A stretch of 64,000 nucleotides of DNA from Candidatus Binataceae bacterium. Lineage in GTDB: Bacteria; Desulfobacterota; Binatia; Binatales; Binataceae. The position numbers were made by a program, and so were the translations under genes. The number at the start of each line of letters is the position of its first letter. Within the stretch, counting starts at the first letter, position 1. The notes below the pieces were generated by a model. It worked only from the letters and a program-made list of their open reading frames with translations, ran no database searches and was not told the origin of the DNA. The stretch lies in assembly GCA_035294265.1 (NCBI GenBank), contig DATGLK010000102.1, positions 19,614-83,613 of the forward strand. Direction: 5' to 3'. This document shows, piece after piece, positions 38,738-48,963 of the stretch.

Positions 38738-40870
38738 CTACTTCTCGATCGCCAAAGCGGAGGTATAATCCAGGCCCGACAGCGGCCCGGAGATCACGCC
38801 CTGGGCATCGGGAATGGCGCCACCCTTGTCCACCGAGTCCAGGGTCGACGCCGTGTATTCGTAAACCTTGCCAACCGTCGCGATGAACAGGTTGCCGTCG
38901 CTGTCGAACGCGGACGCGGTAGCCGTGGTCGCGGGCCCGCTGATAGCCGCGATCGGAGTCGAGCTGCTGCTCAGGTCACTGCCCTCGTATTCGACCGCCA
39001 GGGCATTATTGAGAACGCCCGGAGAGTATGCGCTGGTCACCCACAGGTCGCCGTCCGGCTCGAAGCCCAAGCCGACCGGATCCTCGAAGTAGTAGTGAGT
39101 TCCATAGCCGCTGATGGTGATCGCTGGGCTAGGCGCCCCCGAACTGGCGAGCTGTGCCTTGGTATATTCCAACACTACCGGTATGGGCGGCGTGACGACC
39201 ATATTCTCTGATATAGTCGCATGGCCGGCCACCCACAGATTGCCCTCAGTATCGAAATGCAACCGGTGGAAGTGGAATAGCACCCCCGTCGGCGGAACAA
39301 TCTCGACGCTAGGGGTTGGGCTGCCCCCGGTCAGACTGGCGGCAGGATACATCAGCAGCTTGCTGTTGGCCTCGTCGCCCGAGGGCCCAGAGACGACAAA
39401 ACTACTGGCTGCCCACAGGTTGCCGCTGCTGTCGAACTGGATGTCGTCGGGACGCTTGAGAGTTTCGCCGGTTGGGTCCTGTATGATCAGGGCCGGCTTC
39501 ACGTTGAAGTTGTTGTTGACGATGCTGCTGGCATCGATCTTGACAATATTCCCCTCCTCGGCAGCGCGCGGATTGTTGGCGATCCAAAGATCGTTGTTGG
39601 CATCCAGGGCCAAGCCGCTGGGATTATAGATCGCTGGGATTGACGCGCTCGGATTATTCAGCACTACTGCAGGCTCGGGACTGCCGGTGGACGCGATCTG
39701 GGAGGCCAAGAACTTGATCACGGGGAAATCGTAGCCACGATTGGTGACGATCAGGTTGCCCACGCTGTCGAAAGCCAAGCCGAAGGCCTGATAAAGATAT
39801 TGGGTGCCGGTGGCCGGGCTGGTGATGATGGTTTGCGGGGTCGGGCTGCCGCTGCTAGCCAAGCTGGCGGCCGAAAATTCCACCAGATTTCCGGGCGCAG
39901 ACGCTCCTGCGGTGTTGCTCACCCAGAGATCGCCCGCGCTGTCGAACTCGGCATAGGCGGGAACATTGAAGGCCGTACCCGTATAGGTCGCGCTGGGTGC
40001 CTGGGTGATAGTGCCACCACCGGCCAATTGCGCGGCGCTGTAGCGCACCAGTGGGAACCCACTCTGCGCCAAGTTGACCACAAACAGATCGCCAGCGCTA
40101 TCGAAAGCCAAGCCGTGCGGCACGAACAGGTAATTAGTCGGCGGCTGCGTGGTGGGATTAGCGATGGTCGTGGCCGGGGTCGGGCTGCCACTGCTTGTGA
40201 GTTGGCTTGCGCTGTATTCGACTACGGTATCGTTGGCCACGTTGGCCACCCACAAGTCACCTTCGGCATCGAATTCGATCGTAGCCGGGCCGGCCATGGC
40301 CTGGCTTCCAGCCGGGTTGGAGATGATTACCGCCGGGGGGAAGGTAAAAGGCTGCTCGGTGGGGTTGGAGGTGAGCTGCTGCGCTGTGTACTCGACCAAG
40401 GTGTTACTGACGTCATTGGAGACCCACAGGTCGCCCTTTCCATCCAGAGCCACGCCATGGGGACCGAGCAGATATTTCTGTCCCGCCGGATTCGCAATCG
40501 TCAGCGAAGGCGCGATCTCGCCGCTTTGCGCCAAGCCGGTACTGGAAATCTCGATCACCGAGTTGCCACCGGAATTGGCCACCCACAAATTGCCAGCGCT
40601 GGAAAGCACCGCCTGCCCGGGAGGATCCAAAAAGGTCTCACCGTAAGGATTGGACAGGGTAGCTAAGGGGGTCACGTCGTAGCCACCGGGTGCCGCCGCT
40701 TGCTGAGCCACAGAGGTGTTGTAAGCGGTGACGCTGTTGTTGCCGGAATTGGCGACGAACATGACGAAACCCTCGGGAAGAGGAGCCGGTTTGCTACTGC
40801 TGGAGCTCCCGCATCCAGCTAACGCCACAGCAATGCCCAAACATGCCGCTGCCATCGAAACAAGTCTCAT
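38738..40870 (-). CDS. NHL-repeat (beta-propeller) lipoprotein
   Basis: Lipobox ALAGC then a Ser-rich linker. There are about 14 repeats of the form SNPxG...GxLWVAN...VxEY. Confidence 0.8.
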   Translation of the reverse strand: MRLVSMAAACLGIAVALAGCGSSSSSKPAPLPEGFVMFVANSGNNSVTAYNTSVAQQAAAPGGYDVTPLATLSNPYGETFLDPPGQAVLSSAGNLWVANSGGNSVIEISSTGLAQSGEIAPSLTIANPAGQKYLLGPHGVALDGKGDLWVSNDVSNTLVEYTAQQLTSNPTEQPFTFPPAVIISNPAGSQAMAGPATIEFDAEGDLWVANVANDTVVEYSASQLTSSGSPTPATTIANPTTQPPTNYLFVPHGLAFDSAGDLFVVNLAQSGFPLVRYSAAQLAGGGTITQAPSATYTGTAFNVPAYAEFDSAGDLWVSNTAGASAPGNLVEFSAASLASSGSPTPQTIITSPATGTQYLYQAFGLAFDSVGNLIVTNRGYDFPVIKFLASQIASTGSPEPAVVLNNPSASIPAIYNPSGLALDANNDLWIANNPRAAEEGNIVKIDASSIVNNNFNVKPALIIQDPTGETLKRPDDIQFDSSGNLWAASSFVVSGPSGDEANSKLLMYPAASLTGGSPTPSVEIVPPTGVLFHFHRLHFDTEGNLWVAGHATISENMVVTPPIPVVLEYTKAQLASSGAPSPAITISGYGTHYYFEDPVGLGFEPDGDLWVTSAYSPGVLNNALAVEYEGSDLSSSSTPIAAISGPATTATASAFDSDGNLFIATVGKVYEYTASTLDSVDKGGAIPDAQGVISGPLSGLDYTSALAIEK

Positions 40871-41527
40871 ATTATCTCCTTCAGCCTTTTTACGATCAAA
40901 TGCCTAAAACAATAGTAATTTAGCCGAAACTACTGTTTTGGCACTTTTCTTTCGGCACAGTCATAGCAAGAATGCGTCTCTAAAGCTAGCTTTGGCGGAG
41001 CGTTGCCGTGCCGCGCAGGCGCACCGTCAAAGCCCTCCGATCGCCATGATGCATCCTAGGGCGCCAGCGCCCGGGCGCGGCATCTACGTGCTTCCACACC
41101 GGAGCAAGGGTCAGCGATCACGCGGTCATGAAGACTCTCGTGCGCAACGAGTGGTCGAGACCCGAGCGTTGGTCCTGTAAGGACACGCCGTTGCCAAAGG
41201 GTTTGCGCGGCGCGGCGGCCGCTGACTTCGAAGCGCTGGACACCGCGACCCGTTTCTGCGCCTTGATGGAGAGCGCGGAGATCGCGATTCAATGCGCTGG
41301 TAGTTTATCGGGGCGGCCCAGAGATGGTGCAGCTGGACGCTTCTGGTCGTAGTCGCCCCGCTGACGGGCGCGATCGATTAATCAATCCTCGGCGGGGCTA
41401 GCGTGCATCGTGGTTGCGTTGACCCTCTCGTCAAACGTCATCAACCCCACCAAATCGGAGAAGCATTGCGCCCACCAATCGATGTCAAGGAGCCTAACCT
41501 TGTTGATCGCGCAACGCCCTCGAAGCT

Positions 41528-42523
41528 TTAGACGTGCGCGAGCACCTGCTCATAGAGCTTGCGAAAATGCTCGGGAATGACCGGGCCGCGAAAGCCGCCG
41601 GGAAAGACGATCTGGGTCACGCCCCAGATTTCGACGCGCCGCTTGAGCTCGGCGATCGACTCCTCCACCGTGCCGATCAGATTGGTAGGCGCGTAGCGGA
41701 CCGCCTCAGGATCCATCCCCAGACCGCCGGCCATCGTTATTAGCGCCTGGCGGGTCTCGGCCTGCGAGTCGGTAAGCTTCCAGTTGAAGATGACATTGCT
41801 GAACCTAACCGCGTCGGGCGCGCGTCCCAGGCGCCGCACCTCCTGGCGTACGAATTCGATCTTGGCCCGCATCGAACCGTCGGTGGCCCGACGCACTTCT
41901 TGCGGGGTGAAACGGCCCACACTGCCCAACTCCAGGATGATGTTGACCCAGTCGGCGTGCTTGGCCGCAGTTCTCAGCAGGCCGCGGCCGCTGCCGCCGA
42001 CGATTATCGGCGGATGGGGCTGGGACAGCGGCTTGGGAAACAAGACCGCGTCGCGCAAAGTATAAAAGCGGCCCGCCAAGCTGGTGCGCTCCTGGGTCCA
42101 CAATCCGCGGATGGCGGTCAGCGCTTCGTCCAGCATCGCCAGCCGCTCGTCGATCGGCGGGAAGGGGATACCGATCATGCGGAATTCGCTTTCCATCCAG
42201 CCCGTGCCCAGCCCAGCCACCGCCCTGCCGCCGCTAATCTGATCGAGCGTGGCCAGGCTGCGCGCCACCAACGCGGGATGGCGAAAGAGATTGCACAGGA
42301 CGAGATGGCCGATGCGAAGGCGCCGGGTGGCGTGCGCGACCGTCGCTGCCAGGAGCATCGGATCGTAGTTATAGCGGCGCGGATTGATGCCCTGGCCGCC
42401 AGCGCCTTCGTGCACGAAATGGTCGGCGAACAGGATCAGGTCGAAGCCCACGTCCTCGGCCATTCGCGCTGTTTCGAGCACCTGCGCGAGCTCCAAATTA
42501 TCCAACGTGATGCCGAATTCCAT
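41528..42523 (-). CDS. LLM-class F420/flavin-dependent oxidoreductase
   Basis: GFDLILFADHF, RLRIGHLV, GGRAVAGLGTGW; 331 aa luciferase-like TIM barrel. Confidence 0.7.
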   Translation of the reverse strand: MEFGITLDNLELAQVLETARMAEDVGFDLILFADHFVHEGAGGQGINPRRYNYDPMLLAATVAHATRRLRIGHLVLCNLFRHPALVARSLATLDQISGGRAVAGLGTGWMESEFRMIGIPFPPIDERLAMLDEALTAIRGLWTQERTSLAGRFYTLRDAVLFPKPLSQPHPPIIVGGSGRGLLRTAAKHADWVNIILELGSVGRFTPQEVRRATDGSMRAKIEFVRQEVRRLGRAPDAVRFSNVIFNWKLTDSQAETRQALITMAGGLGMDPEAVRYAPTNLIGTVEESIAELKRRVEIWGVTQIVFPGGFRGPVIPEHFRKLYEQVLAHV

Positions 42524-42528
42524 CGCCT

Positions 42529-43485
42529 TCAGGTCCCAAGCCGTGGGAAGAGGGCCAGGGCGTTGCCGCGTTCGATCGCGGTACGGCTGGCGGCGTCAAG
42601 TTCGTAGCGTGCCAATCCCTCCACCGAATGGGCCGCGCTCACAAAGGGATAATCGCTGCCAAAGAGGATGTGGGAGCGGGGAACGAAGGCGAGCAAGGCG
42701 GCCAGAGCCGGCGCGCTCACTGCGTTGGCGCAATCGTAGTACAGTTTCTTGAGTTCGAAGTTGCTGCCCCGGGGGTTGCGCTGGGCGGCCTGCGGCAATC
42801 GATCGATATTGCAAATACGCTCGGACAGAAAGGGCACCGTGCCGCCACCATGGGAGAAAATGAAGCGCACCTCGGGATGGCGCGTCAGCGTGCCGGTGAA
42901 AAGCAGGCTGGTGATGGTACGCGTGGTGTCCAGGGGAAATTCGATGGTCTGCGGCAGCAGGCCCGCAATCAAATTGGCGGTGCAAGCCTGCACCGTGGGA
43001 TGGACATAGACCAGGGCCTTGCGCCGGTTGAGCTCCTCAAAGACCGGCTCGAAGGCGGGGTCGCCCAGCATCTTGCCGTCGTAATTGGAAAGCAGGCCGA
43101 TGCCATCGGCCTTGAGCGTATCGAGGGCATATTCGATCTCCCTGAGAGCGCCCTCGACATCGGGCGGCGCGACCACCGCAAAGAAGCCGAAGCGACCCGG
43201 ATAATCGCGCACCATCGCCGCCGCCTGCTCGTTCCATTCGCGCGCCAGACGGCGCGCCGCGACAATATCGCCGAACCACACCCCGGGCGTGGAGACCGAG
43301 CCTATCGCGGCGGCGATTCCGTAGCGATCCATCTCCTCCAGCGCGCGCTCGGGCGTCCACTGCAAGAGCGCAGCACCGCCGATGTTATGGCTGTAATTGG
43401 TGATACGCTCGTGCTCTTCGCGCATGTAGCGCTGAGGCAAGAAGTGAAAATGCACGTCTATCCGATGGGCCGCTGTGTCCGTCAT
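42529..43485 (-). CDS. amidohydrolase-2 family protein (paralog 3, more divergent)
   Basis: IDVHFHFLP, YVHP, FSHGGG, FGSDYPF. Confidence 0.75.
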   Translation of the reverse strand: MTDTAAHRIDVHFHFLPQRYMREEHERITNYSHNIGGAALLQWTPERALEEMDRYGIAAAIGSVSTPGVWFGDIVAARRLAREWNEQAAAMVRDYPGRFGFFAVVAPPDVEGALREIEYALDTLKADGIGLLSNYDGKMLGDPAFEPVFEELNRRKALVYVHPTVQACTANLIAGLLPQTIEFPLDTTRTITSLLFTGTLTRHPEVRFIFSHGGGTVPFLSERICNIDRLPQAAQRNPRGSNFELKKLYYDCANAVSAPALAALLAFVPRSHILFGSDYPFVSAAHSVEGLARYELDAASRTAIERGNALALFPRLGT

Positions 43486-43595
43486 GACCGAGCCCTCCGT
43501 TAATAGCGCAGTCTCCCGTAATCACTTCGCCCTGAACGACCGCCGGGGTGGAGACGCTGCACGGGTGCATTCGCCGGGGCCACCCCGGCTCCTTC

Positions 43596-44489
43596 TCACT
43601 TCTGATGCTCGCGGATGAACGGGATCGCCAGACGCTCGACTTCGGCCTGGGCGTCCCAGTGGACCATGTGCTTGCAGTTGTCCACCAAGTGAAGATTGAG
43701 CGCGGGATGGAGCTCTTTGAGCATCAGAGCGCGCTCCAGGGCGTGAGCGCGATCGTTCTTTCCGTAGATCAGCAAAAGCGGCAGCTTGAGCTCCAGCATC
43801 CGCTGCCACAGCGGAATTTGTTCGGCACTAACTCCGCCCTCGCCTGCGCTCATGCGCGCGACGTGATAGGCGAAGGCCCGGCCGGTGCTGCGGCTGTTGC
43901 GCAGGGCGACTTCGGCCGCAGTTATCAGTTCGGTATGGAAGATATCGGCTTCCATCATCTTGCGAGTTTCGGCCAGGGTCGGTTCTGCCTCCGCCATCTG
44001 CCGATCCACGCGCCGCGCCACCGCGTCGTAGCGCCCTTCGACGTCGCCGGGCAGCGCGGGCAAAAGCGCTCCGGTGCCCAGGATCACGATGCAGGAGTAG
44101 CGCTGAGGCTCGCGCAGAGCGAGCTGCACCGCGGTCGCGCCCGAGCGCGAATGCGCCACCAGGGCGACGCGTCCCAGCTCGAGGGCGTCGATCAATTTCG
44201 GTACCGAATCGCGTTGTTGCGCGTAGGACTGGACCGCCGGCGCTGTGCTCAGGCCGAAGCCGGGAAAATCGAAGGCAATGGCGCGCATACCGGCCGCCGC
44301 GAAGGCGTCGAGGTTGCGCAGGAAGACGTCCGACGAGGAACCCAGCGAGGCGCCGTGCATGAAAAGCACCGGGGCGCCGCGACCACGCTCGAAGTAGCGT
44401 ATCGCGCAACCGTCAACGGTCACATAGTGGTCGGCGGGCCGCTCACGCAAATGGGCATTGACCGCACTTGGATTGATTTCGGTCTCCAT
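43596..44489 (-). CDS. alpha/beta-fold hydrolase (meta-cleavage-product hydrolase-like)
   Basis: VLFMHGASLGSSS, nucleophile elbow LVAHSRSGATAV; 297 aa. Confidence 0.65.
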   Translation of the reverse strand: METEINPSAVNAHLRERPADHYVTVDGCAIRYFERGRGAPVLFMHGASLGSSSDVFLRNLDAFAAAGMRAIAFDFPGFGLSTAPAVQSYAQQRDSVPKLIDALELGRVALVAHSRSGATAVQLALREPQRYSCIVILGTGALLPALPGDVEGRYDAVARRVDRQMAEAEPTLAETRKMMEADIFHTELITAAEVALRNSRSTGRAFAYHVARMSAGEGGVSAEQIPLWQRMLELKLPLLLIYGKNDRAHALERALMLKELHPALNLHLVDNCKHMVHWDAQAEVERLAIPFIREHQK

Positions 44490-45138
44490 CGGCTTCTCCT
44501 ATTTGGAAATTGTCGCCACTGGCTCGTCGGTCGTTCTCTCAAGCTGTACCGGTCAGTCCAGTCCACTTCCTGAGTCCTATTTGAAGGGCACCTGCTAAAT
44601 TTTGGAGATGAAGAACAGGGCGCGCAGCCGCTTCGGAGTTAAGGAAATCAGAGGCTATCACCATCTGGTCACTCACCACCATATGGTTAATGACCGCATC
44701 ATGGCCGTCTACCTGCCAACCCCAGGGGGACGGACCGCCAAAGAGCACCATAAAGTCTTCACGGATTCCCGTTTAGAAACCTCGCCCCTGCCAGACTCAT
44801 ACCGCAATTAAGCGCAGTAACGCTAGTTTCCCAAAACCACCGCAAAGGAGTGGGGATAGGCGGGTTCGCGCTTTATCTTTGCGGCTCGTAAGAGGGTCTA
44901 TTACTTATCACCCTGTTTTCTAGCCGCACCTCAGCCGAGGGCGGCCGAAGTAGTTCGGAGAATTCTTCCGGCGCGCGCTCGAGCAATGAGCGCGGCGTGC
45001 CCCTCCTCGACATAGCAGATCTCATTCGAGCCCCATGGATAGCTCCCAGCGAGCTTGGCTTTGTTGAATTTCTAACGCCGCCATCGCTCAGATCGCGCCT
45101 AGCTCACCGAGACCATACGCGGCCAAGCCAGCTTCGCC

Positions 45139-45831
45139 TTACGCGGGCTCCATCCCAAAGCGACGTTTGATCGGGATGGCCTCTGAAGCGTTCAAATAAG
45201 CTACCACCGCCCGCGCCTCGTCTACCTGGGTCGCGAGCGCCCCTATCCCGATCGAAAAGGTAGTCACGGACTGGATGGGCGGCGGCAGGATGCCGACGAT
45301 GTCGATCCCAGGCTGACCCAGAAATTCGCTTAGTTGCTGGATGCCGATCGCTGCCTCGCCGCCCGCCAACAGGGTGGCAACCGGAATGCCCGGCTTTGCT
45401 TGCACAAGGCGTCCAGGCTGGGCGGCGGTATCGAATCCCCACGATTTCAGAACCGCTAGGAGCTGCGTGCCGCTTGGGCCGGTCGAATAGCCGATAGAAC
45501 GCGCATTCATCAGAGCGACCCTGACCGCCTCCTCGCTGCCGATATTGGGCCGCGGCTCGCCGGCGCGCACCGCCATCGCCATTGGGGAGCGCGCGAACGG
45601 AACCCGGCTTCCAGCGACAAGATGTCCCTCGGCTTCCAGCGTTCCAATCGCATCGTCGGCGAGGATAACAAGATCAAAGACTTCTCCTGCCCGAACGCGC
45701 CTGGCCGCATCGACGCCCCCTACTGCTTCGATCGAAACCGTGCAGCCGGTCGCCGTTCGATATCCAGCCAGGAGTTCGGTCACAAGCTGGCGCGTCGCCA
45801 TCGACAATATTGCGGTTATCCTGACAGCCAT
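45139..45831 (-). CDS. ModA-like (molybdate/tungstate-type) substrate-binding domain protein lacking a signal peptide
   Basis: ITAILSMATRQLVTELLAGYRTATGCTVSIEAVGGVDAARRVRAGEVFDLVILAD is co-linear with the ModA N-lobe. The C-terminus AVVAYLNASEAIPIKRRFGM is ModA-like. There is no hydrophobic leader. Confidence 0.55.
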   Translation of the reverse strand: MAVRITAILSMATRQLVTELLAGYRTATGCTVSIEAVGGVDAARRVRAGEVFDLVILADDAIGTLEAEGHLVAGSRVPFARSPMAMAVRAGEPRPNIGSEEAVRVALMNARSIGYSTGPSGTQLLAVLKSWGFDTAAQPGRLVQAKPGIPVATLLAGGEAAIGIQQLSEFLGQPGIDIVGILPPPIQSVTTFSIGIGALATQVDEARAVVAYLNASEAIPIKRRFGMEPA

Positions 45832-46268
45832 GGTTTCTCCAACTTTGCGGGTAGCAGGTTATTTTGGCTTGCCCCTGCGGGACTTTGCGTGGCCGCGATC
45901 AACTTGCGGCGGCCGTCGAAGGCCAGCTCACTCCGTCATTATCAAAAGTCTGCGAATTCTGGGAAAGTGTCAAAGTACCCGGCTCGCCGCTAAACAAAAC
46001 TTGGGACAGCCTGCCGAGTCCATAAGGGACCATAAAGAAACCGACTTTCCATGCGGTTGGCCTTACCCCTTTCGGTATCCCATTCGTAACTTAGTGTCGG
46101 CCTAGGTTTTGGTTCGTTTTTCTTCGCCGAGTTTTTCAGGCCGCCCTTCATGATCCGAGGGCGGTCGAAAAACGACCAAGTTTTGCATCCGAGGCCAGAG
46201 CTCGCACTGCACCGCGCCGCCGGCCAGCTAAGCTCCTGGCCTGCCGGCCCAGCGGTGCGCGCGGCGAA

Positions 46269-46380
46269 CTAGCTCCTTGTTAATGGCGCGAACACACCGG
46301 GCGTAAGATAGCCGAGACGCGAGTACGGCCGCTCGCGATATGCTGCATGCGCCACTGCCAGATCTTGCGCCGCGCGTCCA
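46269..46380 (-). mobile_element. IS3/IS481-type transposase (integrase-core) C-terminal tail remnant
   Basis: The ORF tail ...DLAVAHAAYRERPYSRLGYLTPGVFAPLTRS* matches the conserved ...YNxxRPHSxLGYxTPxxF ending of rve-domain transposases. No DDE core lies upstream. Confidence 0.4.
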
Positions 46381-46852
46381 GTGAGACCAAGACCTGCTCG
46401 TTGAGGCAGATATAGACCCAACCTCGGCGCAAGGCTGTTTGGTGATGCTGAGAACCGGTTGCTCACAGATATCTGGCCTTTTGCCGGGGTGAGACTTTGA
46501 CACCCCTGGCCCTGATGGAGATTACAAATCCTTGGGCGATCCTCGCGGCCTGCCCGTGCCGCGGCTGCTCCCGTACTTCCGAGATGCTGATAGGCTTGTC
46601 GAGGATCTCGCCGGGATGCTCCAGCATCGGCTCCGCTGGTTTTGTTCACGATGCCGTCACTTGACGTATTTCACTACAAAGTAATTTTCGCCAACTTTGA
46701 CTCTATTCATTTAAATAAAGCTAAAACGTTTGCCCCGGAGCTGAAAAATAACTTATAGATAGGCTGGCTCGCACGGGACGCGCCGTCTATCACCTGGAGC
46801 ACGCCGTCAGACCAGAGGCGCAATCAACCCACCGCGAGCGTGGAAATGACTG

Positions 46853-48877
46853 ATGCTCGAGCAAGCTTTGCTAAGATGGGTAGGCTTCGGCCTGTTGCTT
46901 TCATTGTTGATCGCCGGCTGCGGCTCATCGGGATCGAGTTCCAGCAATCCCCAGCCCTGCGCGTTGACCTACTGGGTTTCCACCGGCGGCAATGACAGCT
47001 CGGGCGACGGCAGCGCAAGCGCGCCGTTCCTAACCCTGGATCGCGCCCGCCTGGCTGTCGCGCAAAACCCGCAGCGAGGCCAATGCACGATCAACGTCAA
47101 TATCGAGAGCGGGACCTATGCGCTCACCGCGCCGATAATCTTCGGTCCGTCGGACTCCGGCTCTCCGCGGGCCCCAGTGGTTTATCAGTCCGCGCCCAAC
47201 AATAGCCAGCCAGTGGTGATTTCCGGCGGTGTTCCTGTGACCAACCTCACCTGCTCGGCCCTCAACATCTGCACCGCCCCGGTCTCAGGCTTGCCAGCGG
47301 GCACAATGCCGCGACAGCTTTACGTCAACGGCCAGCGCGCCATCCGCGCCCGCTCCAATTACGGCCAGGCGGTCAACTTAAATTACATTCGTGGCTCCAA
47401 CGGTTATACCCAGATAATACCGCAATCCCTCACCCATCCCGAATTGGTCGAAGCGGTAACCGCGACGCAGTGGAAAATGATGCGCTGTCCGGTGGCAAGC
47501 ATGACCGGAAACTTTCTGCAAATGCAAAATCCATGTTGGGACAATGCCAATACATACCCCAGTCCCTGGAATTTTCAGCTGCTTAGCTGGTTGGAAAATG
47601 CCCCTGAGTTCCTGACCCAGGCCAACATGTGGTACCTCGATCCCTACAGCCAGCAGCTCAGTTATTACAACACCGCTAGTACGCCGCCTCAGAGCGTGAT
47701 TTTGCCGGTGTTGGAAAGTCTGATTCAGGTGATCGGAACAGCAAACAGTCCGGTGACAAACATCACATTTCAGGGGTTGCAATTTTCTTATGCCACCTGG
47801 CTCGAACCCAACTCCGACAACGGCTACGTCGCCGATCAGAGCGGCAATATCCTGATGGGCAACAACTACGCCGCCAACGTCATCGGCCATCAGCAGACGG
47901 TATACAAGACCCCTGGCAACATAACCCTGCAGTACGCGCAAAACATTACGTTCAATAGCGACAAATTCATTCATCTGGGCGCAGCCGCGCTGGATCTAGA
48001 CACTGGCAGTCAGAATAACACCGTCCAAAACAGTATCTTCAGCGACATTTCTTCGGCCGCGATCGAGATCGGAGGGTTCGAACCGCAAGACATGCGGCCA
48101 AATAGCGCGCAGGTTACCAGCGGCAATGTGGTCAAGAACAATGTTATTTCATATACCGGGCGCGACTACTATGACAGCGCGGGAATTCTGGTCGGCTTCA
48201 CGACCGGCACCGTGATTACCCACAACACCATCAGCCATACCCCCTGGAGCGCCATTTCCATCGGCTGGGGCTGGGGATTGTTCGACCAGCCAAGCTTTCC
48301 GGGGTTGCCCCATGCGGTCCCCAACATGTGGGGTACCTATAACACGCCGACGATCGCCAGCAACAACGTGATCAGCAGCAATAAATTCGACAGCTTTCTG
48401 GAGCAGCTGTGGGACGGCGGCGCGATTTATACCAACGGCTCCCAGGGCCAGAGCTTTGCCAACGGTCTCTTGATCACCCTCAACGTCGCTGAGAACAAAC
48501 GGCCGGCCGCAGGGAGCAACATCTATTATACCGATGGCGGCAGTCAGTACGTCACGATGACCCAGAACGTGTCGCTTAACGACCCGGTCGGTACGGTCGA
48601 TTTTGGCCCTTGCCTAACTGGCTCCTCGATCGTCCCCTACTGTGCCACCACTGGTGTTCTCCCCTACGGCTCCGACATGGGCGGATGCCTCCCAGTGGGA
48701 AATCTGACTTATAACCAGAATTATTTTCTAGACACGGTCGATTTCTTCGGTCCGCAGATCTGCCAGAATAGTTACATCCCGCCCTATCCCGTCAACCTGA
48801 CTTTCACCAACAACGTGCCCACCACCTCGGCGGCGCAGGTACCCAACTCGATCCTGCTTCAGGCCGGCGCGCAATGA
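46853..48877 (+). CDS. right-handed beta-helix (pectate-lyase-like) lipoprotein
   Basis: Lipobox LLIAGC then a Ser-rich linker. DGSASAPFLTLDRARLAVAQ, an N-cap typical of secreted beta-helix proteins. Repetitive N/T/G-rich rungs follow. AT-rich promoter region at 46650-46850. Confidence 0.75.
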   Translation: MLEQALLRWVGFGLLLSLLIAGCGSSGSSSSNPQPCALTYWVSTGGNDSSGDGSASAPFLTLDRARLAVAQNPQRGQCTINVNIESGTYALTAPIIFGPSDSGSPRAPVVYQSAPNNSQPVVISGGVPVTNLTCSALNICTAPVSGLPAGTMPRQLYVNGQRAIRARSNYGQAVNLNYIRGSNGYTQIIPQSLTHPELVEAVTATQWKMMRCPVASMTGNFLQMQNPCWDNANTYPSPWNFQLLSWLENAPEFLTQANMWYLDPYSQQLSYYNTASTPPQSVILPVLESLIQVIGTANSPVTNITFQGLQFSYATWLEPNSDNGYVADQSGNILMGNNYAANVIGHQQTVYKTPGNITLQYAQNITFNSDKFIHLGAAALDLDTGSQNNTVQNSIFSDISSAAIEIGGFEPQDMRPNSAQVTSGNVVKNNVISYTGRDYYDSAGILVGFTTGTVITHNTISHTPWSAISIGWGWGLFDQPSFPGLPHAVPNMWGTYNTPTIASNNVISSNKFDSFLEQLWDGGAIYTNGSQGQSFANGLLITLNVAENKRPAAGSNIYYTDGGSQYVTMTQNVSLNDPVGTVDFGPCLTGSSIVPYCATTGVLPYGSDMGGCLPVGNLTYNQNYFLDTVDFFGPQICQNSYIPPYPVNLTFTNNVPTTSAAQVPNSILLQAGAQ

Positions 48878-48963
48878 TCGAGCGGGCGCGGCAGACGGGG
48901 ACGGTGCAATGGCGCTCTTGAGCCGTCGCTGTGGAAGCTCGTCACCCGGAAGTAAAGAAATCC

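Noticed and set aside
43548-44573. 341-aa plus-strand ORF
   Set aside because: Fully antisense to the alpha/beta hydrolase gene 43596-44489, which has HG and nucleophile-elbow motifs; no signature of its own.
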